Assembly (NCBI GenBank): GCA_022703355.1
Contig: JAKLDU010000001.1
Span: 4,173-68,172 of the forward strand
Direction of reading: 5' to 3'
Length of the DNA stretch: 64,000 bases
Origin: Deltaproteobacteria bacterium
GTDB lineage: Bacteria > Desulfobacterota > Desulfomonilia > UBA1062
The notes under the pieces were generated by a model. That model was not told the DNA's origin and did no database searches. It was given only the letters and a program-made list of their open reading frames with translations. Positions 1 to 9,800 of the stretch are shown here, piece by piece (the first letter of the stretch is position 1; every line of letters starts with the position of its first letter). Position numbers and translations under genes: made by a program.

Positions 1-736
1 TAGGAGACGTCCTTGAGCCTGCCCTCGATCTTGAAGGCCGTCACGCCCGCGTCGATGAGTCCGGTGAGGCTCGCGCTCCGGTCGAGGTCCTTGAGGCTCA
101 GGAGGTGGCGGTTCTCCTGGAGCACGCGGCCCTGACCGTCCAGGAGGTTCCAGGGAAGCCTGCAGGGCTGACCGCAGGTCCCCCGGTTGGCGCTCCTGCC
201 CCCCAGGGCTGCGCTCAGGTAGCACTGCCCGCTGAAGCACACGCACACGGCGCCGTGCACGAAGGCCTCCAGCTCGATGGAGGTGCCTTCCCTGATGAGG
301 CGTATCTCGGGCAGGGAAAGCCCGCGCTCCAGGATGACCCGGCTGAAGCCGGCCTTTTCGAGGAAGGCCACCCGGGCGGGGTCGGCGTTGTGCATCTGGG
401 TGCTGGCGATGAGGGGCAGGGGAGGGAGGTCGAGCTCCAGCAGGCCCACGTCCTGGACGATGAGGGCGTCGACCCCGGCGTCCCAGGCCTGAGAGGCGAT
501 GGCCCGCGCCTCGTCGAGCTCGTCGTCGAAGAGAATGGTGTTCAGGGTGAGGTAGACCTTTGCCCGGTAGCGGTGAGCGTGGCTCGCCAGTGCCTCGATG
601 TCCCCCATGGGGTTGCCCGCGGAGGCCCGGGCGCCGAAGGCGGGGCCCCCGATGTACACGGCGTCGGCGCCGTGGTCTATGGCGGCCATTCCGCACGCGA
701 GGTCCCGTGCCGGGGAGAGGAGCTCCAGCGCTGTCA
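1..736 (-). CDS. Peptidase U32 family protein (collagenase-like PrtC/YhbU), N-terminal part; gene runs off the left edge of the window
   Basis: Minus-strand translation from ATG (revcomp of cat at 734-736): MTALELLSPARDLACGMAAIDHGADAVYIGGPAFGARASAGN...LKDLDRSASLTGLIDAGVTAFKIEGRLK, the typical U32 N-terminus (ELLAPAG..AI..GADAVY(F/I)G). No stop before position 1, so it is absent from the ORF track. Strong GC3 bias. The ORF 105..743(+) lies antisense within it. Confidence 0.8.
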
Positions 737-923
737 TTCCTGACCTCTAGTATATGCGCACCCCCGTGGCAAGGGCCAATCTCCTCCCGGCTCCGGACCG
801 TGCGTGGCGTTGTCTCTTCCGATCCAGGCCCCCGCGGCAGGGGCCGGTCTCCGCCGGGCCCCGGGGCAGGGCGGCGCGAGGCGGGGGAAAGCGGTTGACT
901 TTCCGTGCCGGGTGGTGTCTTCA

Positions 924-1577
924 ATGGGGGGGAAAACGGCCCGGAAACGAAGCGCGGCCGGGAGCGGGGGGTTTGTGTACCAGTCGGCGCACCTCTTCAT
1001 CAGCATCTGGATAAAGCTTTTCTTCCTGCTGACGCCCTTCTTCGTGCTCACCATGTTCCTGTCGCTCACCCGGGACGCCTCCCCGGCGGAGCGGCGCAAG
1101 ACAGCCCTGTGGCTCACCTTCGACATCGTGCTCATCAGCTTCGTGCTCTACTTCCTGGGGAACACGATCTTCTCGGTCTTCGGCATCACCCTGGACGCCT
1201 TCCGGGTGGGCGCCGGCGCCCTGCTCTTCCTGTCGGCCGTGGACCTGGTGCGGGGGAGCGAGACCGCGGTGCACCAGGACACGGCGGGGAGCATCACGGT
1301 GGTGCCCCTGGCCATCCCCATCACGGTGGGCCCGGCCACCACGGGCGCGCTCCTCGTCATGGGCGCCGAGGTGTCCTCGGCCTGGGAGCGGATCATTGGG
1401 TGCACGGCCCTTTTAGGCGCGGTGCTCTGCGTGGGCGTCCTGCTCTACCTGTCCACGGCCGTGGAGAGGATCCTCGGCCAGAACGGCCTCAAGGTCCTGA
1501 GCAAGCTCACGGGCCTCGTCCTCTCCGCCCTGGCCGCCCAGATCATCTTCACCGGGGTGAAGAACTTCCTGGGCTGA
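924..1577 (+). CDS. MarC family (UPF0056/NAAT) integral membrane protein
   Basis: Part of ORF 804..1577. Hydrophobic multi-TM sequence FISIWIKLFFLLTPFFVLTMFLSLTRD...LSKLTGLVLSALAAQIIFTGVKNF matches the MarC family pattern. Start taken at the internal ATG (M41, offset 120); an alternative GTG lies at 975. Confidence 0.7.
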   Translation: MGGKTARKRSAAGSGGFVYQSAHLFISIWIKLFFLLTPFFVLTMFLSLTRDASPAERRKTALWLTFDIVLISFVLYFLGNTIFSVFGITLDAFRVGAGALLFLSAVDLVRGSETAVHQDTAGSITVVPLAIPITVGPATTGALLVMGAEVSSAWERIIGCTALLGAVLCVGVLLYLSTAVERILGQNGLKVLSKLTGLVLSALAAQIIFTGVKNFLG

Positions 1578-1680
1578 GCAGTGCTGGCTGGGACGATCGT
1601 CCGATTGTCAACTAATTGTCAACCAGAATGAAGTTCCGGTTGTCAACCTCGGCGAGTGGGGCGGCGCCTGTTCAAGGCGG

Positions 1681-2595
1681 TCACAGGCCCCGCTTCCTGA
1701 GCGCCGCCTTGAGGGCGGCGAGGTCTTCGCGGGTCAGGGACAGGGAGTCCGACCGGTTCAGGCGGTACATGAGGGAACCCGGGTCGCTGCCGTGCCCCAG
1801 GCCCAGGGCGTGCCCGAACTCGTGGGCCAGCAGGCGCACCAGCCTTTCCCGGCTGGTGAAGTGGTAGACGGTGATGGACTCCCGGTCGTTCTTCCGCTCG
1901 TAGTGGCCCTCGCTGAACTCGCTGGCGAGCACCGAGCCGGTGCGGTTGTACCTGATCACCTCGAGGTTCAGGCTGGCGGCGATCCCGTTGATGACCACCA
2001 CGAGCCGGTTGAGGTTGTCCGCCTCGTCCTGCTGCTCCCGGGAGCGGCTGTCGAGCTCGGCCTGCCAGCCGTCGAGCTCCTCCTGCGAGGCGGTGAGCCG
2101 CCGGTGGGCCTCTTCGGTCATGCCCCCGCGGTTTGCGGCGGCAATGTCGGCGTTCAGGGCGGCCACCATCCGGTTGTACTCCCTGACGTCGGCCTGGAGC
2201 TCGGCATCCTTCTGCCTGAACGCCTCCCGCTCCCGCTCGAACCGGGCCTTCAGGGCGTCGTAGGAGCCCCGGGTGCAGCTGATGTTCCCGCTGATGCCCT
2301 TGAGCTTGTCCGCCGCCTCCTGGCGGTAGTCGTAGACGAACCTGACCTCGATGCCGCCTGCGCCCGCCTCCCGGAAGAGCTCGCGGCCCGCGGCCTTCGA
2401 CCAGAGGTCCGTCGCCGCCCTGACGGCGTCCGCCGCCTCGGCGCGGCTCAGGGCGAAGCGCCCGTCCACTGCTCCCAGGCGGTAGGCGAGGGGGCCCTGC
2501 ACCTTTGCCGGCTGGGCCCGGTAGAAGCCCGCCAGCAGGGCAGGGAGCACTGCCAGGAGCAGCAGGGCCAGGCTCGAGCGTCTCGTTCTCTCCAT
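1681..2595 (-). CDS. Secreted zinc metalloprotease, matrixin/metzincin-like (peptidase M10 family)
   Basis: N-terminal signal peptide (LALLLLAVLPALLAGFYRA). C-terminal HEFGHALGLGH = HExxHxxGxxH zinc-binding motif, followed by a Met-turn candidate (SLMY). Coiled-coil-like middle region. Confidence 0.75.
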   Translation of the reverse strand: MERTRRSSLALLLLAVLPALLAGFYRAQPAKVQGPLAYRLGAVDGRFALSRAEAADAVRAATDLWSKAAGRELFREAGAGGIEVRFVYDYRQEAADKLKGISGNISCTRGSYDALKARFEREREAFRQKDAELQADVREYNRMVAALNADIAAANRGGMTEEAHRRLTASQEELDGWQAELDSRSREQQDEADNLNRLVVVINGIAASLNLEVIRYNRTGSVLASEFSEGHYERKNDRESITVYHFTSRERLVRLLAHEFGHALGLGHGSDPGSLMYRLNRSDSLSLTREDLAALKAALRKRGL

Positions 2596-2784
2596 GGAAA
2601 TGTTTTTCGGATTTTTCGCGGCAGGTCTTGAAGGGTGTCCGGTCCGAAAAGACCGTGATCACCCTTTCGATCTCCGCGGGTCTGTTCCCGGTAAGGAAGC
2701 CCTCCCGGTACACGCTTCAGAACGCCTCCACCAGGGAGTTTGCTGAAGTTCAGGCCGCGACCGAAGGGGAGAGCGGGCGCAGAC

Positions 2785-4824
2785 TCATCCGGACCTGCCG
2801 GTTCCGGGCGCGGCCGCCTTTCGCTTTGCGGTCTGCGGCCCGGGGCTGCCCGCAGCGAGCCGGTACCGCTTTTCCCGGTAGGCGATGACCGGCCAGATGG
2901 CCTGGGCCAGGGCATCCCGCACGAGCTCCGGCTCCGCCTCCACGGGCTCCAGCCTGCCCTGCCGGTACCGGTACTGAACGGCGGGCTTCCCGGGGGTGTG
3001 GACCACCACCTTGTCCCCGACCATGTAGGCGTGGTTGTTGTGGAACTGCATGATGGCCCGGCCCGGGTAATCCGCCGGGGTCCGGAGCAGGTCCCTGCCC
3101 TGCATGGGGTGGCTCGACTCGATCCCCATGAAGGAGAGCAGGGTCGGGGCCAGGTCCATCTGGCTGGCCACCTTGTCGGAGCGGCCCTGCCCGACATCGG
3201 CCCCCAGGATCAGGGCGGGGACGTGGAACAGCCCGACGGGCACCAGGCCTTCGCCGCCCACCCGGTCTTCGTGGTCGGCCACCACCAGGAACACCGTTCT
3301 GTCCCAGTACGGGGCCTTCCGGGCTTGCCTGAAGAACCTGCCCAGGGCGTAGTCCGCGTACCGTATGGCGTTCTCTGGCGTGTTCCGGGGTGTTCCCCTA
3401 AGGTCTATGCGACCGTCGGGAAACTCGAAGGGGGAGTGGTTGGAGACGGTGAACACGAAGGTGAAGAAGGGCTCGTCCCCATGGGCGAGGAGCTCCTTGT
3501 GGGTGCGGTTGAAGATGTCCTCGTCGGAGACCCCCCAGGACCCGTGGAAAACCGGCCCGGAGAAGTTCTGCTCGTCCACCACTCGCTCGAAGCCGTTGCC
3601 CAGGAGGAAGCCGCGCATGTTGTCGAACCGGCTGTCGCCCCCGTAGATGAACTCCGTGGCATAGCCCTGGTCCTTCAGGAGGCGGGCCAGGGTGAAGAAA
3701 TTGTGCTGCGACAGGCCGAGCTTCACGACGCTGCGCGCCGGCGTCGGGGGAAAGCCGGTCACCACCGCCTCGATGCCCCTGACCGATCGGGTCCCGGTGG
3801 CGTAGAGCGAGCTGAACCACAGGCCCGTGCGCGAAAGCTTCTCGAGCTCGGGGGTCAGGGGGAGGCCGCCCAGGGAGGCGACGTACCTCGCCCCCAGGCT
3901 TTCCTCGAGGATGATCACCAGGTTGAGCGGGCGGGCGCGCCTGAACTTCGGGACCTGGCGGTGCAGGGTGGGGGCGCCGGGGTCGGTGAACGCGGAGGGG
4001 GGAAGCCCCATCTCCCCGCGCACGCGCCCGATGACCTCGTCCTCGGGCATCCTGCCGTAGAAGCTCACCGACCCCGACTCGTCGCGCATCCGGTACAGGG
4101 CCGAGGCGAGGGAGTACGCGGAGCTCAAGCCCAGCTGGTTCACGAGGGCGTCGCCGCAGAAGGCAGCCGTGCTCATGTTCGCGGGGCGGTGGCCGAGGCT
4201 GGAGCGGGCGCCCGCAAAAAGCAGGAGCGCGACCAGGGGCAGCAGCGCGAGCCTTCGCCATGAGCTCCAGGGAAGGGAGGCCTCCGTCAGCTTCAGGCTC
4301 ACCTTCCAAACCCCCCACGCGGTGAGGATGATCAGCCCCGGCCCCAGGAGCACGGCCGGCTTGTACGCGCCCCACAGGGTCCAGAAGATCTCGAAGGGGT
4401 GGTCGAGGTACTCGAAGAAGAGCCGGTTCGGACGGCTGTCGAACTGGTCGATGAAGAACGGCGTTGCGGCCTCCATGAAGACGAAGAGGCAGGCGAAGCC
4501 CGCGAACCACGCCCCCTGGACCGCGCGCCAGAGCCTGCGGGCCCTGCCGGACGACGGCAGGACAAGGCTTGCGAGGGCGGGGAGGGACGAAACCATCGAC
4601 AGGAGCAGGACGTCCATGCGGACGCCGTACCCGAGAACCGGCCACAGGCCGGAGACGGCACTCACCCGGTCCCACTTCCAGGCGATCAATCCCAGCCGGG
4701 CAAGGCTCAGGAACACGAGCGAGGAGAGGAAGAACGCGAGCACGGGCAAAAGCGGGCCTGCAGCGCGGGTCAGCCGGTTTTGCAGAGTCACGGGCGGTCC
4801 CCCTCCGGTGCCCGTTTTCGCCAT
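2785..4824 (-). CDS. Membrane-anchored sulfatase-domain protein, LTA synthase / phosphoglycerol(ethanolamine) transferase family (alkaline phosphatase superfamily)
   Basis: 679 aa. N-terminal multi-TM region, then a sulfatase-like domain (LVIILEESLGARY...GTRSVRGIEAVVTGFPP...VVADHEDRVGGEGL...NHAYMVGDKVVVH) typical of LtaS/MdoB/OpgB-like enzymes. Confidence 0.75.
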   Translation of the reverse strand: MAKTGTGGGPPVTLQNRLTRAAGPLLPVLAFFLSSLVFLSLARLGLIAWKWDRVSAVSGLWPVLGYGVRMDVLLLSMVSSLPALASLVLPSSGRARRLWRAVQGAWFAGFACLFVFMEAATPFFIDQFDSRPNRLFFEYLDHPFEIFWTLWGAYKPAVLLGPGLIILTAWGVWKVSLKLTEASLPWSSWRRLALLPLVALLLFAGARSSLGHRPANMSTAAFCGDALVNQLGLSSAYSLASALYRMRDESGSVSFYGRMPEDEVIGRVRGEMGLPPSAFTDPGAPTLHRQVPKFRRARPLNLVIILEESLGARYVASLGGLPLTPELEKLSRTGLWFSSLYATGTRSVRGIEAVVTGFPPTPARSVVKLGLSQHNFFTLARLLKDQGYATEFIYGGDSRFDNMRGFLLGNGFERVVDEQNFSGPVFHGSWGVSDEDIFNRTHKELLAHGDEPFFTFVFTVSNHSPFEFPDGRIDLRGTPRNTPENAIRYADYALGRFFRQARKAPYWDRTVFLVVADHEDRVGGEGLVPVGLFHVPALILGADVGQGRSDKVASQMDLAPTLLSFMGIESSHPMQGRDLLRTPADYPGRAIMQFHNNHAYMVGDKVVVHTPGKPAVQYRYRQGRLEPVEAEPELVRDALAQAIWPVIAYREKRYRLAAGSPGPQTAKRKAAAPGTGRSG

Positions 4825-5059
4825 GGGTGCAGAGGGCTACGGGCCTGCAGGCGGGTGACGTCGGTGTGCCGCCCGTTCCCAACCGGATCCGGCCCCGTGC
4901 CCGTGTTCCCATGATGGTGTCTTTCGGGGTGCATGGGCGCAGGGTGACATTTCAACTTGAGCACTGAATGATCGGAACATGATCTTTTGGTCATGTTCGG
5001 GGCAAACATGAGCTGAAGGTAATTTGTTTTACCCCGCCCACCTGTGGTAGAAGGGGGCC

Positions 5060-5728
5060 ATGAAGATCCTGCTGGTAGAGGACGACGAGCGCACCGCGGC
5101 CTTCATCATCAAGGGCCTCAGGCAGGCGGGCTACGTCGTGGAGCACGCGCCGGACGGCGAGACCGGCCTTTCGCTGGCGCAAACGGAGGAGTTCGCCACC
5201 GCCGTGGTGGACATCATGCTTCCCCGCCTCGACGGGCTGAGCATGGTGGAGGGGCTGCGCCGGAACAAGGTGCTGACGCCGGTCATCTTCCTGAGCGCCA
5301 AGGGCACGGTGGACGACCGGATCAAGGGGCTCCAGAGCGGCGGGGACGACTACCTCCCCAAGCCCTTCGCCTTCTCCGAGCTGCTTGCGCGCATCCAGGC
5401 CCTCATGCGCCGGGCGGCGGCCATCACCGAGCCCACGTCCCTGAGCGTCGCGGACCTCTCCCTCGACATCGTCCGCCGCAAGGTCTGGCGGGCGGGCAGG
5501 GAGATCGACCTGCAGGCCAAGGAGTTCGCCCTGCTCGAGTACCTCATGCGCAACAGGGGGCGCGTCGTGTCGAAGATCATGATCATCGAGAACGTCTGGG
5601 ACTACAGCTTCGACCCGCAGACCAACATCGTGGAGTCCCGCATCTGCAAGCTGCGCGACAAGGTGGACCGCGGGTTCGAGCGCAAGCTCATCCACACGCT
5701 GCGGGGCGTCGGCTACAAGGTCGAGTGA
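5060..5728 (+). CDS. OmpR-family two-component response regulator (CusR/CopR-like)
   Basis: MKILLVEDDERTAAFIIKGLRQAGYVVEHAPDGETG...DIMLPRLDG...GGDDYLPKPFAFSELLARIQALMRR is a receiver domain with D/K motifs. C-terminal winged-helix (LRGVGYKVE). Very close to CusR/CopR-type regulators. TGATG overlap with the downstream kinase gene. Confidence 0.93.
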   Translation: MKILLVEDDERTAAFIIKGLRQAGYVVEHAPDGETGLSLAQTEEFATAVVDIMLPRLDGLSMVEGLRRNKVLTPVIFLSAKGTVDDRIKGLQSGGDDYLPKPFAFSELLARIQALMRRAAAITEPTSLSVADLSLDIVRRKVWRAGREIDLQAKEFALLEYLMRNRGRVVSKIMIIENVWDYSFDPQTNIVESRICKLRDKVDRGFERKLIHTLRGVGYKVE

Positions 5729-7131
5729 TGCGCCTCTTCCCCCGGACCGTCACCTTCCGCATCGCCCTCCTGTACGTGGGGCTCTCGTCGGTGGTGGCGG
5801 GGCTGGTCTTCGTTCTGGTGTACCTCACCCTTGCCAGGGACCTCATGAGCCGCACGGAAGGGCAGGTCCTCCAGATGGTGAGCGAGCTCAAGTACATCCA
5901 TGAGACCAGGGGTAAGGAGGGGGCACTTGCCGAGCTGAAGATCCTCGAGGACACCGAGGGCGTCAACCGGATGTTCGCCCGGGTGCTGGCGCCTGACCTC
6001 ACGGTGGTCGTCACCTCCGAGATGAGCCCCTGGGGAGGGCCCGGGGTCAGCGGCACGCAGTTTCCGGACCTGCCGGAAAACACCCCCCGCTTCGAGACCC
6101 TCCAGGTCCCGGGGCGCCATCACCAGGTGCGGCTGGTGTCCCTCATGGGCGGGGACAGAACGGTCTATCAGGTCGGCTACAGCCTCAGGGACGACGACGA
6201 GATCCTGGAGGACTTCCGCCAGGTGTTCTCCCAGGCCTTCGTGTTCATGCTGGTGTGCGGCGGCATCGTGGGGTGGTTTCTGACCAGGCGCGCCATGCAG
6301 GGCGTGTCCCGCGTGCGGGAGGCGGCCCTGCGCATCGGCACGGGAGACTTCGACAGCAGGGTGCCCCTGGGCAACGAGGGCCGGGAGATCGTCGACCTTG
6401 CGGTCACCTTCAACGAGATGATCGAGAAGATACAGGTCCTGATCAAGGACCTGGGGAACGTGACGGACAACATCGCCCACGACCTGCGCAGCCCCGTCAC
6501 CAGGATGCGCGGCGCGGCCGAAACGACGCTCACCGGGGACCAGGACCTCGCGGATTACCAGGAGATGGCCGGGATGGTGGTGGAAGAGTGCGACCGGCTC
6601 GTGTCCATGATCAACACCATGCTGGAGATCGCGGAAACCGATGCGGGGGCCGGGGCGGACTCGTCCTCGGCGGTGGACATCTGCCTGGTCGCCCGGGACG
6701 CCTCCGAGCTTTTCGAGGAAGTGGCGCAGGAAAAAGGCCTCCACCTGGGCATCGACTGCCCGGAAACACCCCTCCCGGTGCCCGGCGACCGTTCCAGGCT
6801 CCAGCGGGCGGTATCGAACCTCATCGACAATGCCGTGAAGTTCACCCCCGCGGGCGGGCACGTCATGATCAGGGTCACCGGAACGCCCGGGCACGTGGCC
6901 ATCGCCATCGTCGATGACGGGCCGGGACTGGAAGCCAAAGACCGGGACAGGATCTTCGAGCGGTTCTACCGCGGCGACCGGAGCCGCTCGACCCCGGGCA
7001 ACGGCCTGGGCCTGAGCCTCGTGAAGGCGGTCGTCAAGGCTCACGCAGGGGAAATCACCGTGCAGAGCGCGCCCGGCATGGGGTGCACGTTCACCATCAG
7101 CCTGCCCCGCGAGCGCCCGGTTGGCCGCTGA
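5728..7131 (+). CDS. Two-component sensor histidine kinase (CusS/CopS-like periplasmic sensor, HAMP-HisKA-HATPase_c)
   Basis: In-frame ATG at 5728 inside long ORF 5044..7131, overlapping the regulator stop (TGATG). Two TM segments flank a ~150 aa periplasmic domain. HAMP domain. H-box (IAHDLRSPVTRMRG). N, G1 and G2 boxes (DDGPGL, GNGLGLSLV). Confidence 0.9.
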   Translation: MRLFPRTVTFRIALLYVGLSSVVAGLVFVLVYLTLARDLMSRTEGQVLQMVSELKYIHETRGKEGALAELKILEDTEGVNRMFARVLAPDLTVVVTSEMSPWGGPGVSGTQFPDLPENTPRFETLQVPGRHHQVRLVSLMGGDRTVYQVGYSLRDDDEILEDFRQVFSQAFVFMLVCGGIVGWFLTRRAMQGVSRVREAALRIGTGDFDSRVPLGNEGREIVDLAVTFNEMIEKIQVLIKDLGNVTDNIAHDLRSPVTRMRGAAETTLTGDQDLADYQEMAGMVVEECDRLVSMINTMLEIAETDAGAGADSSSAVDICLVARDASELFEEVAQEKGLHLGIDCPETPLPVPGDRSRLQRAVSNLIDNAVKFTPAGGHVMIRVTGTPGHVAIAIVDDGPGLEAKDRDRIFERFYRGDRSRSTPGNGLGLSLVKAVVKAHAGEITVQSAPGMGCTFTISLPRERPVGR

Positions 7132-7161
7132 CGGGTCCCGGCATCGCCCTTCTCCCCTTCC

Positions 7162-7383
7162 TCACCCGCCAGGCCTCCCCCGGCCCGGTTTTTTCCGGCA
7201 GCGGCCGCCCGTTGCCGAACTTCCGGCGGGGGGGCGGGCGGTACCCTCGAGGCACAGCCCGCAGCGGTTGTCGCTGCACCACTGGCAGAAATGGCAGTCC
7301 GGGCAGGGGTGCTTCTTGGGCCCGTCACCCCCGTCCTGGACGAAGACGAGCCCTGCGACACCCTTCATGCGTATGAATCCCAT
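7162..7383 (-). CDS. Small cysteine-rich hypothetical protein (~73 aa); start uncertain (M19, M24 or M29 of ORF 7162..7452)
   Basis: Strong GC3 codon bias. Motif CPDCHFCQWCSDNRCGLC (CxxCxxCxxC...CxxxC) suggests a Zn-ribbon/Fe-S type small protein. No SD found. Divergent from the OMP gene. Confidence 0.35.
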   Translation of the reverse strand: MGFIRMKGVAGLVFVQDGGDGPKKHPCPDCHFCQWCSDNRCGLCLEGTARPPAGSSATGGRCRKKPGRGRPGG

Positions 7384-7502
7384 GCCCCCTTTTCTCATAT
7401 TCCCGGGGCCGGGACAAAGGGTAAATGCGGGGCCCCCCGTACGCTTGTCCATTGCGCCGAAAGCCTCCCCCGGTATATAAAAGCCGTACGGAGGAGGGCA
7501 CC

Positions 7503-8171
7503 ATGAAACTGGCGCTTTCGATTGCGTGCGTATTGGCGGCGGTCCTTGCCCTGGCCCCGGACTGCAGCGCCCGGAAATGGGAGGTTTCGCTCATGGCCGG
7601 CTATACCATGGGCGGCGGCTTCGACCAGGAAGGGGATGCCGAGGGGGATGACGTCTCCCTGGGCATCAGGGAAAGCCCCAGCTTCGCCGTCGCGGTGGAC
7701 ACCGTCTACGAGAAGGGCACGGAGTTCGAGATCTACTACTCCCGCCAGTCGACCGAGCTGGAGATCGAGGAGGGGGCCTTTTCCGGACAGAACCTGTTCG
7801 ACCTGGACATCCATACCCTCCAGATCGGCGGCACGGTCATCCTCACCCAGGCGACGGACGTCTTTGGCGAGACCCTCTTCAAACCGAACGCTTTCTGCGA
7901 GCCGTATTTCGTGGGCACCGTGGGTGTGGCCCATTTCAGGCCCGGGGATTCCGGGTACGATCCCGAGACGCGCTTCTGCGCGAGCCTGGGGTTCGGCACC
8001 AGGCTCCATGTCACGGAGCGTTTCGGGTTCCGCCTGGAGGCCCGGGGCATCGCGGCCTTCTTCAACGGCGGCGGCGCCGTGTTCAGCGGCCCCGAGGGCT
8101 TGAAGATCGCCGTCGATTCCGAGGCCGTCGGCCAGGGCGTGGTCAATGCGGGCCTGTATTACGGCTTCTGA
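7503..8171 (+). CDS. Outer-membrane beta-barrel protein (OmpA-like/porin-family barrel, OmpW-like size)
   Basis: Internal ATG (M27 of ORF 7425..8171) preceded by GGAGGG. Signal peptide MKLALSIACVLAAVLALAPDCSA. Alternating amphipathic beta-strands. C-terminal aromatic residue (..GLYYGF), typical of OMPs. Confidence 0.7.
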   Translation: MKLALSIACVLAAVLALAPDCSARKWEVSLMAGYTMGGGFDQEGDAEGDDVSLGIRESPSFAVAVDTVYEKGTEFEIYYSRQSTELEIEEGAFSGQNLFDLDIHTLQIGGTVILTQATDVFGETLFKPNAFCEPYFVGTVGVAHFRPGDSGYDPETRFCASLGFGTRLHVTERFGFRLEARGIAAFFNGGGAVFSGPEGLKIAVDSEAVGQGVVNAGLYYGF

Positions 8172-8287
8172 GCGGCCCGGGGCGCCGCGAACCCTCCGGA
8201 GGGCGGGGGCCCGGCGCATCCTGCCGGGAAGGGGTCCGGCCCAGGGAAAATCATGATCAGGGAGACCGAAAAAGGGGGGGGCGTAAA

Positions 8288-9769
8288 ATGAGAAGATCTT
8301 TTCTGGCGGTCCTGCTGGTGCTGGTCCTTTCGAGCGCGGCGCAGGCCGAGGCCTTCAAGCGCGTGGTGCTCTACCAGGACCGGGCGTTCCTCACGGTGGA
8401 GCGCCTGGCCGCCAACCGGAAGCTCGTCGTGGACGCCCCGCCGGAGATGGTGAGGGAATCCCTGACCGTCGTGCCCCTGCAGGGCGGCTCCATCAGGTCC
8501 ATCGGCGTCGAGCCCAAGCGGATCATGTCCGGTCGCGCCGCGGGGATAAAGGCCGACCTCGACCGGAACAGGACGGCCCTCGAGGGAAAGAAACGCCTGA
8601 AAGCCACCGCGGAGCGGGAGATCGAGCTCATCTTCGACGTTGCCGGGGGCAGGGAGAAGGAACCCCCCTTCTCGAAGACGAGGCTCACCGAAGCCCTCTC
8701 CTTCATCGACGCGAAGGTGGGGGGGCTCAATGAAAAGGTCGTCTCCCTGGACCGGGAGATCGAGGTGCTCTCCCTCAGGGTGAAGGACCTGGAGGCCGAG
8801 CTGGCCGAGGTGTCCGGCAGGCGCGGCTTCGAGATCACCATCGAGACCGATTCCGAGCGCCCGGTCGAGGTTTCCTACGCCGTCATGAACGCCTCGTGGA
8901 GCCCGGAGTACACCGTGCGCGCGGACCCGGCGGCGGGGGGGCTGGCCATCGAGACGAAAGCGCTCATGCGCCAGGCGACGGGCACCGACTGGGAGATCGG
9001 CCAGCTGGCCGTGGCCACGGGCAGGCCCGGGTTCGGCATCGGGGCCCCCGAGCTTTCCCCGTGGGAGATCGGCCTTTCGAGGGCCTACCGGGGCGAAGGA
9101 GCTCTGCAGAAGGCCGCCCTGGCCGCCGCGCCCATGGCGCAGGCGGAGGACAGCAGCGAAGGGCCCGAGGTCAGGGCCACCGCGGTGTCCTACATCGTGG
9201 GGGCGGCCAGGTCCGTGACCCTGCCGGGCGACGGCAAGCCCCGGACGGCGGTGCTCCAGAACAGGCAGGTCAGGGCCGTTTTGGAGCGGGTTTCGGCCCC
9301 GAAGATCGACAGCGCCGTCTTCCTGCGGGCATCGGCCCCCTGGGATTCGGATCTGCCGCTCATGCCCGGGTCGTACACGGCTTTCGTGGAGGGCGAGTTC
9401 ACGGGCAGGGGCTTCCTCAAGGGCGCCCAGCCCGGGGAAAAGATCTCCGTGGACCTCGGCAGGGACGAGGGGGTCACGGTGGAGCGCAGGGAAAAGGCCT
9501 TCCACGAGCGCACGCTCACGGGCAAGGACCGGACCACCTACACCGGTACGATGACCGTGAAGAACACCCGGAAGACCCCGGCCCGGCTCACCCTCAAGGA
9601 CCAGATCCCGCTCTCCCGCGACGAGGCCGTCAGGGTCGACCTCGTCGAGACGAGCCCGAAGGCCGTGCCGGACAAAGACGGCATCCTTTCCTGGGACCTC
9701 GATCTCAAGCCCGGCGCCGAGGCGAAGGTCGTGCTGTCCTTCTCCGTCACGGGCATGCCCCCTTTGTAG
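8288..9769 (+). CDS. DUF4139/DUF4140 domain protein (mucoidy inhibitor MuiA-like), secreted
   Basis: 493 aa. Signal peptide (LLVLVLSSAAQAEA). Coiled-coil segment, then the conserved DUF4139-like C-terminal half (SYAVMNASWSPEYTVRADP...TGTDWEIGQLAVATG...YTGTMTVKNTRKTPARLTLKDQIPLSRDEAVRVDLVETSP). Confidence 0.7.
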   Translation: MRRSFLAVLLVLVLSSAAQAEAFKRVVLYQDRAFLTVERLAANRKLVVDAPPEMVRESLTVVPLQGGSIRSIGVEPKRIMSGRAAGIKADLDRNRTALEGKKRLKATAEREIELIFDVAGGREKEPPFSKTRLTEALSFIDAKVGGLNEKVVSLDREIEVLSLRVKDLEAELAEVSGRRGFEITIETDSERPVEVSYAVMNASWSPEYTVRADPAAGGLAIETKALMRQATGTDWEIGQLAVATGRPGFGIGAPELSPWEIGLSRAYRGEGALQKAALAAAPMAQAEDSSEGPEVRATAVSYIVGAARSVTLPGDGKPRTAVLQNRQVRAVLERVSAPKIDSAVFLRASAPWDSDLPLMPGSYTAFVEGEFTGRGFLKGAQPGEKISVDLGRDEGVTVERREKAFHERTLTGKDRTTYTGTMTVKNTRKTPARLTLKDQIPLSRDEAVRVDLVETSPKAVPDKDGILSWDLDLKPGAEAKVVLSFSVTGMPPL

Positions 9770-9800
9770 CTGCGGGGCCCGTTTTCGGGCGGGGGGTTGC

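Noticed and set aside
105-743. 212-aa plus-strand ORF and neighbours (277..492, 560..898, 754..1014)
   Set aside because: They lie antisense or out of frame to the clearly homologous peptidase U32 gene on the minus strand. They are Ala/Gly/Arg/Pro-rich with no motifs, as expected for spurious frames in 68% GC DNA.
2740-4263. Large ORFs opposite the sulfatase gene (2740..4263 +, 3398..4912 -, and similar ones across the window such as 5713..7044 -, 9538..11349 -, 21591..23849 -, 22856..25042 +, 46738..48393 -, 49933..51618 -, 54389..57289 +, 57115..59715 +)
   Set aside because: Each overlaps a gene with unambiguous homology in a different frame or strand. They show extreme Arg/Pro/Gly/His content and no domains, which is typical of high-GC shadow ORFs.
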